Both the position numbers and the translations under genes were made by a program. Under the pieces are notes generated by a model. That model was given only the letters and a program-made list of their open reading frames with translations. It did no database searches and was not told where the DNA came from. Source: an uncultured Clostridia bacterium (GTDB lineage: Bacteria; Bacillota; Clostridia; Oscillospirales; CAG-272). From it: DNA of 64,000 nucleotides. The stretch spans positions 11,393 to 75,392 of the forward strand of contig CANQMS010000006.1 in assembly GCA_947624995.1 (NCBI GenBank), read 5' to 3'. Positions 38,771-46,854 of the stretch are shown in pieces (the stretch's first letter is position 1; the number at the start of each line of letters is the position of its first letter).

Positions 38771-39295
38771 TCAGCGGAACGCGAAGTTCGATATCATGTC
38801 GGAGAATTCCTCCGCGTGGGACTCGTACTTGTCGGGCGTCGTCGTAAACGTCAGGACGTATACCATGCCCCAGTGCAGACACGCGCACTGAACGTATTTG
38901 AATTCGTTCTCGCCGAGCTTTGCCGTGTACGTATACTTGTTCGCGGCGACGCCGCCGAGCGTCGTCGTCTCGGTGTTTTCGAGCTTGAAGTCGTCGAAGA
39001 CGAGGTTAAATTCGTCCTCGTACAGCTCCCACCACGAATCAAGCGTCGTTGACGCGTCGACATTCCACGCCATGACGGTCACGTTCGTCGAATCGCTGTT
39101 CGAGCAGTAGGCGCCGACGGCGCCCGTCGACATCGAATCCGTCCACTCCTCGGGGACGATGAGATCGACGCCTATCGTTTCACTTTCGATGCGGCGCATC
39201 CCGTCCGGAACGGTCGTGTCGCGCTTCTGGCACGCGGTGAGAGCGACCGCCGCGAGCATCACGGCGGCGAGTAACATTGACAGCTTTCTTTTCAT
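38771..39295 (-). CDS. lipoprotein, PsbP/DcrB-like
   Basis: Lipobox LTAC; VPEEW...TTLGGVAA.KYTY...VYVLTFT...MISNF pattern. Confidence 0.65.
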   Translation of the reverse strand: MKRKLSMLLAAVMLAAVALTACQKRDTTVPDGMRRIESETIGVDLIVPEEWTDSMSTGAVGAYCSNSDSTNVTVMAWNVDASTTLDSWWELYEDEFNLVFDDFKLENTETTTLGGVAANKYTYTAKLGENEFKYVQCACLHWGMVYVLTFTTTPDKYESHAEEFSDMISNFAFR

Positions 39296-39348
39296 TATTT
39301 ATCCCTCTTCGGTTTATTTAAAACGAAGGCAAAAATCGTCTTTCCTAT

Positions 39349-39377
39349 ATTATATAACCGCGACCGCCGCTTGTCAA
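39349..39377 (-). promoter_or_regulatory. consensus sigma-A promoter
   Basis: TTGACA-17 nt-TATAAT; -35 box overlaps the upstream stop codon. Confidence 0.75.
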
Positions 39378-40609
39378 TCGCCAAGCGCGGCTATTTCGCG
39401 CGCGGCAAGGATGACGCCGAGCCGCCCCGACTCGTACGTGAGCCCGCCCTGCATATAGGCGATATACGGCGGGCGCAGGGGACCGTCCGCGGACAGCTCA
39501 ATGGAGGCGCCGGAAACGAACGTCCCCGCCGCCATTATGACCTTGTCCTCGTAGCCGGGCATGTCCCACGGCTCCGGCGTCACGAACGAATCGACGGGCG
39601 AGCCGTGCTGTATGCCGCGGCAGAACGCGCAGAGCGCGTCCGGGTCGCCGAACTTTATCGTCTCGATTATGTCGGACCTGTCCTCGTCCCACTGCGGCGA
39701 GACCTCGAATCCCATGCGGTCGAAGACGTAGGCGGCGAGCGCCGCCGTTTTTTTCGCCTGCGCAACGGTGTGCGGCGCCATGAAAAAGCCCTGTATCATG
39801 TGGCGGTTCTGCCCGAGCGTCGCGCCGACCTCGCCGCCGATGCCCGGCGTCGTCAGTCTGTACGAGGCGAGCTCAACGGCGCGCGCCGTCCCGGCGAGAT
39901 ATCCGCCCGACATCGCGAGCCCGCCGCCCGGGTTCTTGATGAGCGAGCCCATCATGAGGTCCGCCCGGGGCTCCGAATAGTCCGTGAACTCGCCGTAGCA
40001 GTTGTCGAGGACGACATAGGCGGATGTGCGCGCGTGTACGAAATCGCACAGCTCGTCAAGCTCCGGGACGGTGAGCGCGCGCCTGTCGCCGTAGCCGCGG
40101 CTGCGCTGCGCGTATATAACTTTGATTTTGGCGTTTGCCGAAATTTTTTCGGCAATTGCGGAAAAGTCAATTTTGCCGTCCTTCAGCGGGACCTCGTCGT
40201 AATTTATGCCGAAGTCGTAGAGCGACCCCTCGCCGTCGCGCCCGTTTATGACGCGGGAGAGCGTGTCATACGGCGCGCCGGTGACGGAGAGCATCGTGTC
40301 CCCGGTGCGAAGGAGTCCGAACAGCCCTATCGCGATGGCATGGGTGCCGTTCGCGACGGAATGGCGGACGACGGCTGCCTCCGTGCCGAATACGTCGGCA
40401 TATACGCGATCGAGCGTTTCGCGTCCGCGATCGCCGTAGCCGTAACCGCTCGTCGGGTAGAGGCACGCCTCGGACATCCCGCACCGGCGGAACGCGTCTA
40501 TGACGTCTGCGGTGCGCGCCTGCGCGATCTTGTCGAACCGGTCAAAGACGGGGCGCAGCGCCGCCTCCGCCTCGGCGACGAGGCTTTCTATGTCTGTGTT
40601 TTTATTCAT
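39374..40609 (-). CDS. methionine gamma-lyase family / YnbB (aluminium-resistance family) PLP protein
   Basis: GYGYGDRGR, GTHAI, QRSRGY, DNCYGEF, GSLIKNPGGG and MAAGTFVSGASIELSADGP motifs. Confidence 0.9.
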   Translation of the reverse strand: MNKNTDIESLVAEAEAALRPVFDRFDKIAQARTADVIDAFRRCGMSEACLYPTSGYGYGDRGRETLDRVYADVFGTEAAVVRHSVANGTHAIAIGLFGLLRTGDTMLSVTGAPYDTLSRVINGRDGEGSLYDFGINYDEVPLKDGKIDFSAIAEKISANAKIKVIYAQRSRGYGDRRALTVPELDELCDFVHARTSAYVVLDNCYGEFTDYSEPRADLMMGSLIKNPGGGLAMSGGYLAGTARAVELASYRLTTPGIGGEVGATLGQNRHMIQGFFMAPHTVAQAKKTAALAAYVFDRMGFEVSPQWDEDRSDIIETIKFGDPDALCAFCRGIQHGSPVDSFVTPEPWDMPGYEDKVIMAAGTFVSGASIELSADGPLRPPYIAYMQGGLTYESGRLGVILAAREIAALGD

Positions 40610-40789
40610 GATCTCACCGAAACGAAAAAAGTCTACGAGTCTACGGTCAATATTATATAATCAATTCGCGAAAAGCGCAAGGGGGTGCGCGTTTTTTTGC
40701 CGTGCAGCGGGATTATAATTGTATTTGCGGGCAAAATGTGGTAAAATGGTAAGGAAGAAACAAACTGTTTTCGAAAGGCTGAAATCGTT

Positions 40790-41617
40790 ATGGGAAGATA
40801 CAGGCTCGGATGCTCCATCCCCGGCGCATCCTTCATGCCGGAGGGCGAGGCGGGAATAAAGCGGAGCGCGCTCGAACTCCTTTCGGACGGGTGCGAGGCG
40901 ATCATCGGCGCGGGATTCGATTACGCGGAGACCGGCGTCGGAATGGTGATGAGCATGACGGAGGCGGAGATGGGCAAGGCGGCGGCTGCCGGGCTGCCGA
41001 TAGAGACCGCGAACAGCTTTATCCCGCCCGAATATAAAATCGTCGCGGACGGCGCGTGCGAGGTCGGCTCGCCGCTCTACAAGTACGTTGACACGGCGCT
41101 TTCCCGCGCGGCGGCGCTCGGGATAAAGATCGTCGTCTTCGGCTCGGGCGGCGCGCGCAGGATCCCGGACGGGATGGCAAAGGAGACGGGGCGCGCGTAC
41201 ATAGCGAAATTTCTCTCGATGTGCGCCGACATCGGCGACCGCTGCGGCGTCACCGTTGCGATCGAGCCGCTGCGCGCCTCGGAGTGCAACGCGATAAACC
41301 TCACCTCGACCGCGGCGGAGCTTTCGGGCGGCGTCGGCAGGGAGCGCATTTCTTACATCGCGGACGCGTTTCACATGTACCACGGCGGCGAGCCGGCGGA
41401 CGCGCTTTTGCGCGCCTCGGCGCTGCCCGTTCACATACACGTCTCGGAGCCGCCGGACAGGACGTACCCGGGGCGTCACGGCGGGGAATACGTCGCCGCG
41501 TTCGCGGAGGCGCTCGGCAGGACCGCGTATCGCGGCAGGGTCTCCGTCGAGTGCGGATTTTCGGATTTCCGGCGCGAGGTGCGCCTCGCGTACGATTTCA
41601 TGAATGCACATTTTTAA
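40790..41617 (+). CDS. sugar phosphate isomerase/epimerase (AP endonuclease 2 TIM barrel)
   Basis: GFDYAE, VVFGSGGAR, AIEPL, DAFHM, HIHVS and VSVEC motifs. Confidence 0.85.
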   Translation: MGRYRLGCSIPGASFMPEGEAGIKRSALELLSDGCEAIIGAGFDYAETGVGMVMSMTEAEMGKAAAAGLPIETANSFIPPEYKIVADGACEVGSPLYKYVDTALSRAAALGIKIVVFGSGGARRIPDGMAKETGRAYIAKFLSMCADIGDRCGVTVAIEPLRASECNAINLTSTAAELSGGVGRERISYIADAFHMYHGGEPADALLRASALPVHIHVSEPPDRTYPGRHGGEYVAAFAEALGRTAYRGRVSVECGFSDFRREVRLAYDFMNAHF

Positions 41618-41632
41618 AGGGAGGATGATAAA

Positions 41633-42706
41633 ATGAGCACGCTAAAGCTGAAAACGGCGCGGGCGCTCGATGGCGAGCCGGTCGTAATAAGATCCGAACC
41701 GGCAGACGGGCTCGTCGGGCTGCGCGGCAAGGTCTGCGGGAACGAGTGCGAGGGCTGCGTTTTCCCCGCCGTATACGAAAACGGCGCCGTCACCGCCATC
41801 GTGACCGCGCCTGCGGGCGAGCACGAGCTTGAAGTCGTGACCGGGGAGTCGGCGCCCGCGGTGACGCTGTCAAAAGTGGGCGACGGCAGAGTCGATATCG
41901 CGATAAACGGCGAGCCGTTCACCTCGTATGTGACGGATCCGGCGCTCGCAAAGCCGTATCTCGGACCGGTGATGACATCGTTCGGCGAGAGCTACACAAG
42001 GCTCGACTTCGAGACGAAGGAGCACCCGCATCACCGCTCCGTCTTCTTCGGAGTAGGAGACGTGACGCTTGACGGCGGACCCGAGCACGTCGATTTCTGG
42101 AACGAGCCCGCAAACTGCGGCATACAGAAGTCAACGGGGATCAAAAACACAGTCTCAAACAACGTCTGCGCCTCATTCACGGCGGGGACGCAGTGGTGCT
42201 CGCACGACGGGGTGCCGATGATCGACGCCGAGTGCGAATACAAATTCTACGCGCAGAACCGCAGCGTCCGCTATATCGACCTCGCCCTCACGTACACGGC
42301 AGCGTACGGCGGCGTGACGTTCTGGAAGACGAAGGAGGCGGGACCGCTCGGCGTCCGCATGGCGGACCCGCTGCGCGCGGAGAGGGGCGGCTATATCGCC
42401 AATTCATACGGCGCGCGCGGAGAGGGCGAGTGCTGGGGGCGCGCCGCGAACTGGTGCGTCTACGGCGGCGAGCTTTCGGGGCACAAGATCGGCATCGCGG
42501 TGTTCGACGACCCCAGAAACGAGCGCTACCCGACCTCGTGGCATATCCGCGACTACGGTCTCTTCGCCGCGAACAACCTCTATTTCAAGGGCCCCGTTCG
42601 TATCGAATCAGGCGAAACCCTCACCTACCGATACCGCCTCGTCTTCTTCGAGGGGACGCCCGAGGCGGCGAGGATCGCCGACAGATTTATTGTTTATGCT
42701 AAATAA
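41633..42706 (+). CDS. PmoA-like (DUF6807-type) soluble protein of unknown function
   Basis: KPYL.PV, HPHHRSVFF, DFW, TKEAG.LGVRM, WG..ANW and WHIRDYGLFAAN motifs. Confidence 0.75.
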   Translation: MSTLKLKTARALDGEPVVIRSEPADGLVGLRGKVCGNECEGCVFPAVYENGAVTAIVTAPAGEHELEVVTGESAPAVTLSKVGDGRVDIAINGEPFTSYVTDPALAKPYLGPVMTSFGESYTRLDFETKEHPHHRSVFFGVGDVTLDGGPEHVDFWNEPANCGIQKSTGIKNTVSNNVCASFTAGTQWCSHDGVPMIDAECEYKFYAQNRSVRYIDLALTYTAAYGGVTFWKTKEAGPLGVRMADPLRAERGGYIANSYGARGEGECWGRAANWCVYGGELSGHKIGIAVFDDPRNERYPTSWHIRDYGLFAANNLYFKGPVRIESGETLTYRYRLVFFEGTPEAARIADRFIVYAK

Positions 42707-42712
42707 AATAAG

Positions 42713-42772
42713 CCGGGGGAAGTGCCTTTCGGGAAAGGCACTTCCCCCGGACCCCCATCTTCAAAGCTTTTT
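42713..42772 (+). repeat. hairpin/TTCAAA element, copy F1 (left half of inverted doublet)
   Basis: CCGGGGGAAGTGCCTTTC-GG-GAAAGGCACTTCCCCCGG, then ACCCCCATCTTCAAAGCTTTTT; stem nearly identical to copy C. Confidence 0.9.
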
Positions 42773-42786
42773 ATGGCTATTATTAT

Positions 42787-42845
42787 AAAAGCTTTTGAAG
42801 GAGGGGTGCGGGGAGGAAACTTTTCTCGAAAAGTTTCCTCCCCGC
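42787..42845 (-). repeat. hairpin/TTCAAA element, copy F2 (right half of inverted doublet)
   Basis: GCGGGGAGGAAACTTTTC-TC-GAAAAGTTTCCTCCCCGC; minus-strand tail ACCCCTCCTTCAAAAGCTTTT. Confidence 0.9.
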
Positions 42846-42856
42846 GTTATTCCCCC

Positions 42857-45004
42857 TCAATCACTCCCGGCGTTTCCGATGACGGAGACGGAGAAAATTT
42901 CCCATATCTCGGCGGGCGCGTTCGTTGCGCCGACGCAGGTGCAGACGATGCGCAGGGATGTGCCGACGGTTATTTCGCCGTCCGCGAGCGACTGAACTTC
43001 CGCTTTCGGCAGCTCGATCATCGCGGAGACGTTCATGGGGGCATCATGGCTGTCCGTCACCGAAACAGTGTACGTGTCTGCCGTCTCATCGACAACAACG
43101 CGGCAGTCGATGTAATATGCCTCCGTGTACGTACATTCAATGCTTGAATAGTAGTCCGCGTGCGATTTCGGGACCGGGATGAGGGCGCAGACGGTGTCGG
43201 TGCCCTCCCTTTCGGAGAACCCGCCGTGCGGCCGGACGTCCGCGACGAGCGCCCCCTCTGTCTCGGTGAGCGTGAGCCGCAGCTCAGCGCCGCTCATTCT
43301 GCGGACGGTGAAAAACGCGACGCAGAGGTCATAGCCCGAGAAAAAATCGGTGCCGAACCGCGCGGTGCGCGCGTCGAACTCGGTGTCTGATTTGACCTCC
43401 TCCCCGCCGCGGACTGCGTTCCCAAGGGTAAAGAGCTCCGCGACGGAGGAGACGTGGAAGACAGGGGCATACTTCGCCTCCGGCGCGCCGTTCGGGATGC
43501 TGCCGGTGCTCACGAGCGGAGCGGAAACGGATGCGGACGGCCCCGGCATTGTCCCGAGGTAAAATACTTCGGGCTCGGGAGAGGAGACGGACTCCGTATA
43601 GACAGTTTCGTTCACGGTGACCTCCGCGCCGACAACGGAGCGCGCCGCGTCTCCTTCAACGGCGAAGAATATCCAGTAACCGGCGCAGTCCTCGGTATAC
43701 GCGGCGGGCACCGTGCAGTCGAGCGTGACCTTGAGGACGCCGCCGTCGATATCGACGGAGCCGAGGCTGTATTCGATCTCGGAGCTGCGCGGCTCGTCGA
43801 CATAGATGACAAACACGGAGCGGCTCCCGAGCGTTTCCTCGCTGCCGAAGAACTCCGCCATATCGTCAAACGATATGTTCCCGACATCACCTCTGTCGAC
43901 GGCGAGCCCGGCGCGGACCGCGCGCTCGCGGATGGAGTCGAGGTCGTCTTTTGACGTTATGCGGAACACGGGGGCGTCTTCCCCGTCGTCATTCAGGGCG
44001 CCGCGGCGGAACTCGCCGAGCATTTCGGGGTGGAGGAACGTGTTTGCCCACGCGATCATGCAGAGGGTCACTTTTGGCGCGGTCGCCTCGACCGGCTCGA
44101 TGGCGAGCACGCACGGGAGCTGAGCCGGGAACGTCTCCATGACGCCGCCCGCGTGGACGACGCGGACAGTGTCGCCGACGGCGAAGGTGTCCGGCGCGGT
44201 AAAGCCCGTGCGGCTGTCCGATCTCGACACATAGACGAGGTCCCCGTCTGTGAGCCCGGAGTTTACGGTGTCGCCGGTCACCTCTACAAGCAGCGACTTC
44301 GGGAGGACCTCGGTGACGACCGCGTCAAATATGCCGCTGCCGACAAATTCAGCGCTCACGGACTCCGGCGCGTCCGCGCGGGGGACCGCGACGAGTACAC
44401 AATAATTGAGATATTCGCCGCCCGGGAACTCCTGACTGTAGGTGAAGACTACATCGAGCGAGGAGCCGCTGCGCTTGAATGTGAGCGTCGGCTCGCTGTT
44501 TTTGCATTCAAAGACGGTGGCGGGGACGACGTAGAGCACGTATTCGGAGAAAAACGCGCCGTCACATATTTTGGTTTTTTCGGTGAAGACGTCGTCCGCA
44601 CCGGGGAGAAAGAGACTCTCGCGTATCTGCGCGAGCTCCTCCGGGGAGCCGACGGCGAACGCCGGAAGATACAGCCCGAGCTCGCCGCCCGTGGAGAGCC
44701 GCGGCTTGTAGTCGGACGAAAAGCCGGCGGGGCAGAGGAAGACGGAGCCCTTTTCGGCGAGGTCGCGGACGGAGATGCTGCCGGGTGCGCCCTCGGGACC
44801 GACTGGCGCGGACGCGGAGCGGAACGCAATGAGCACGGCGGCGAGCGCGGCGAAGACGAGCACGGCGGCGGCAGCCGCCAATTTTGTGAGATTCTGTTCC
44901 CGCACCTCGCGGCTGCCCTCGGCGGCTTCGAGCACGAGGCTGTCGCCGAGCGAGCCGATAGCGGAGAGAAGATTATCGAACTTTTGTTCGTTTGTTCCGT
45001 TCAT
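42857..45004 (-). CDS. putative anti-sigma factor with repeated extracellular domains
   Basis: Short N-terminal cytoplasmic segment (LLSAIGSLGDSLVLEA), one TM helix and a large repeated ectodomain; ATGA overlap with the ECF sigma stop. Confidence 0.7.
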   Translation of the reverse strand: MNGTNEQKFDNLLSAIGSLGDSLVLEAAEGSREVREQNLTKLAAAAAVLVFAALAAVLIAFRSASAPVGPEGAPGSISVRDLAEKGSVFLCPAGFSSDYKPRLSTGGELGLYLPAFAVGSPEELAQIRESLFLPGADDVFTEKTKICDGAFFSEYVLYVVPATVFECKNSEPTLTFKRSGSSLDVVFTYSQEFPGGEYLNYCVLVAVPRADAPESVSAEFVGSGIFDAVVTEVLPKSLLVEVTGDTVNSGLTDGDLVYVSRSDSRTGFTAPDTFAVGDTVRVVHAGGVMETFPAQLPCVLAIEPVEATAPKVTLCMIAWANTFLHPEMLGEFRRGALNDDGEDAPVFRITSKDDLDSIRERAVRAGLAVDRGDVGNISFDDMAEFFGSEETLGSRSVFVIYVDEPRSSEIEYSLGSVDIDGGVLKVTLDCTVPAAYTEDCAGYWIFFAVEGDAARSVVGAEVTVNETVYTESVSSPEPEVFYLGTMPGPSASVSAPLVSTGSIPNGAPEAKYAPVFHVSSVAELFTLGNAVRGGEEVKSDTEFDARTARFGTDFFSGYDLCVAFFTVRRMSGAELRLTLTETEGALVADVRPHGGFSEREGTDTVCALIPVPKSHADYYSSIECTYTEAYYIDCRVVVDETADTYTVSVTDSHDAPMNVSAMIELPKAEVQSLADGEITVGTSLRIVCTCVGATNAPAEIWEIFSVSVIGNAGSD

Positions 45005-45591
45005 TCCTCAATACCTTCCTTTTCGAGAAATTTTTTCAGCCTCCGCCGCAGGCTTGAGAGCGTGACGCGGACGCTCGCGTCCGTCGTCGTCAAGCGGCGC
45101 GCGATGGCGCGCGTGCCGTCCATGTAGAAATAGCGGCGCATGAAGATGATGCGCTGGCGCGGCGAAAGCGAGTACAAAAAGCGCGTTAACGCGTCCTTCA
45201 GCGCGATCTTGTCCGTCATGACGGCGTCGCTCCCGTCCGGGATGACGGCGGCGAGCTCGTCTATCGCGGCGGCAAAAGAGGGGGCGGAGCGCTTTTTCGC
45301 GGACGCGCGGCGTACACGGTCGAGGGCGAGGTTCCGGACGATGCGCGAAAGATACGCCTTCAGATTTTCGGGAGTTTCGGGCGGGATCGAGTTCCACACG
45401 CGCAGATACGCGTCATTGACGCACTCCTCCGCGTCCTCGCGGACGCCGAGAATGGTGTTCGCGACGGCGAAACAGTATGCGCCGTATTTTTCCGCAGTCT
45501 TTGAGATCGCGGACTCGGTGCGCTCGAGATAGAGCTTTACGATGTCGGCGTCGCTGCAACCGTGTCGGCTCGGTTGTCCTGCCGGTTTCAT
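45001..45591 (-). CDS. ECF-type RNA polymerase sigma factor
   Basis: DAEECVNDAYLRVWNSIPP, YLSRIVRNLALD, IFMRRYFY and HTH. Confidence 0.92.
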   Translation of the reverse strand: MKPAGQPSRHGCSDADIVKLYLERTESAISKTAEKYGAYCFAVANTILGVREDAEECVNDAYLRVWNSIPPETPENLKAYLSRIVRNLALDRVRRASAKKRSAPSFAAAIDELAAVIPDGSDAVMTDKIALKDALTRFLYSLSPRQRIIFMRRYFYMDGTRAIARRLTTTDASVRVTLSSLRRRLKKFLEKEGIEE

Positions 45592-45704
45592 TCGCTGTCA
45601 CCTCGCTTTCGTGCTTTCAATAATAAAGACGCAAATCACCCCGCAGATGTTAGCTGTGCGGGGCGATTTTTTTCGGAAAAACGGGACGGAAAATCCGGTT
45701 TCGT

Positions 45705-45944
45705 CTATTCGGCATTTTCGGGCGGGACGTATTCGAGGATGTCGGAGATGCCGCAGCCGAGCACGGAGCACATACGCGCGAGCACGTCGAGGTCGACCAT
45801 CGCGACGTCGTTGTTGATATATCTGTTGAGCTGCGTCCGCTCCATCTCGGCGCATTTTGAAAACAAATTTTTGGACATGCCCGATTTTTCGAGCTGTTCT
45901 CCCAGCTTTATTTTTATTTTTCCGTGTTCGACATATTTCAGCAT
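45705..45944 (-). CDS. Cro/C1-type HTH regulator
   Basis: MSKNLFSK..MERTQLNRY.NN...VDLDVLARMCSVLGC.ISDILEY. Confidence 0.85.
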   Translation of the reverse strand: MLKYVEHGKIKIKLGEQLEKSGMSKNLFSKCAEMERTQLNRYINNDVAMVDLDVLARMCSVLGCGISDILEYVPPENAE

Positions 45945-46128
45945 AATATTCCCCACATAAAGGTGTAATATACTTTTTAACAGTATAACATCCGCATGCC
46001 GAAAAAATAAGTCGTAAATAGCTATATGCAAAATCCAACACAAAATAATAAAATGAGTAAAAACTGTTGTGTAAAAAATTACACTATGATATAATATACA
46101 TACTATCACAAAAAAGGAGAATTTGCAA

Positions 46129-46791
46129 ATGAAAAAGAGGAAAACAGCGCCGGCGGCGCTGATTTTGGCGGCGGCGATCGCGGCGGTGACGGCGCTTTCG
46201 TCGTTCGGGTGCGTGTATGTGGGACCGACCGAGGACGGACCGACAAAGGTGACGGACGGCGGGGCGGCGAACGGAGGCAATACCGGCGGAGGAAACGGAA
46301 GCAATACCGGCAGCACCGGAAACGCGAACGGAAGCAATACCGACGGCGCGGGGGATGCGAACGGAGGGGACGAGACCTCGGGCGAGACCGTGTTCGGGAT
46401 AGGCGACACGGCGGAATACAGGGGCGTCCGCGTGACGCTCAAGAGCATCACGGAGAGCTACGGCAAGGAATATATGGAGCCCGGCGAGGGAAAGGTGTTC
46501 CTCGTCTGCGAATTCGAGGTCGAGAACGGCTCGGATAAAGAGATAAACGTCAGCTCCGTTTTGTCGTTTGAAGCATACATAGACGATTACAACGCGAGCC
46601 TTGACATCCTCGCATGTACCTCGTCGGGGAAAGAGACGATGGACGGGACGGCGGCTCCCGGGAAAAAGCTCGCCGGCGCCGTCGGCTACGAGGCGCCCGA
46701 GGGGTGGCAGACGGTAGAGATACGCTTCAAGGCTAACGTCTGGTCCGACACCGCGTTCATCTTCAAGGCGAACAAATCGGAGATAGGATAA
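46129..46791 (+). CDS. DUF4352-like lipoprotein
   Basis: Lipobox-like SFGC; Gly/Asn linker; FGIGDTAE...P.EGKVFLVCEFEVEN...G..APGKK..G.VGYEAP. Confidence 0.8.
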   Translation: MKKRKTAPAALILAAAIAAVTALSSFGCVYVGPTEDGPTKVTDGGAANGGNTGGGNGSNTGSTGNANGSNTDGAGDANGGDETSGETVFGIGDTAEYRGVRVTLKSITESYGKEYMEPGEGKVFLVCEFEVENGSDKEINVSSVLSFEAYIDDYNASLDILACTSSGKETMDGTAAPGKKLAGAVGYEAPEGWQTVEIRFKANVWSDTAFIFKANKSEIG

Positions 46792-46799
46792 ATAATAAA

Positions 46800-46840
46800 A
46801 AAACGACCGGGGACGCCTGTGGGCGTCCCCGGATGTTTTT
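46800..46840. terminator. bidirectional terminator
   Basis: CCGGGGACGCC-TGTG-GGCGTCCCCGG flanked by A- and T-runs. Confidence 0.7.
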
Positions 46841-46854
46841 GCTTCAGGGCAGAT

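Noticed and set aside
41633-42706. Methane monooxygenase
   Set aside because: Soluble protein with no TM helices and no pmoBC genes; the PmoA family label does not imply that function
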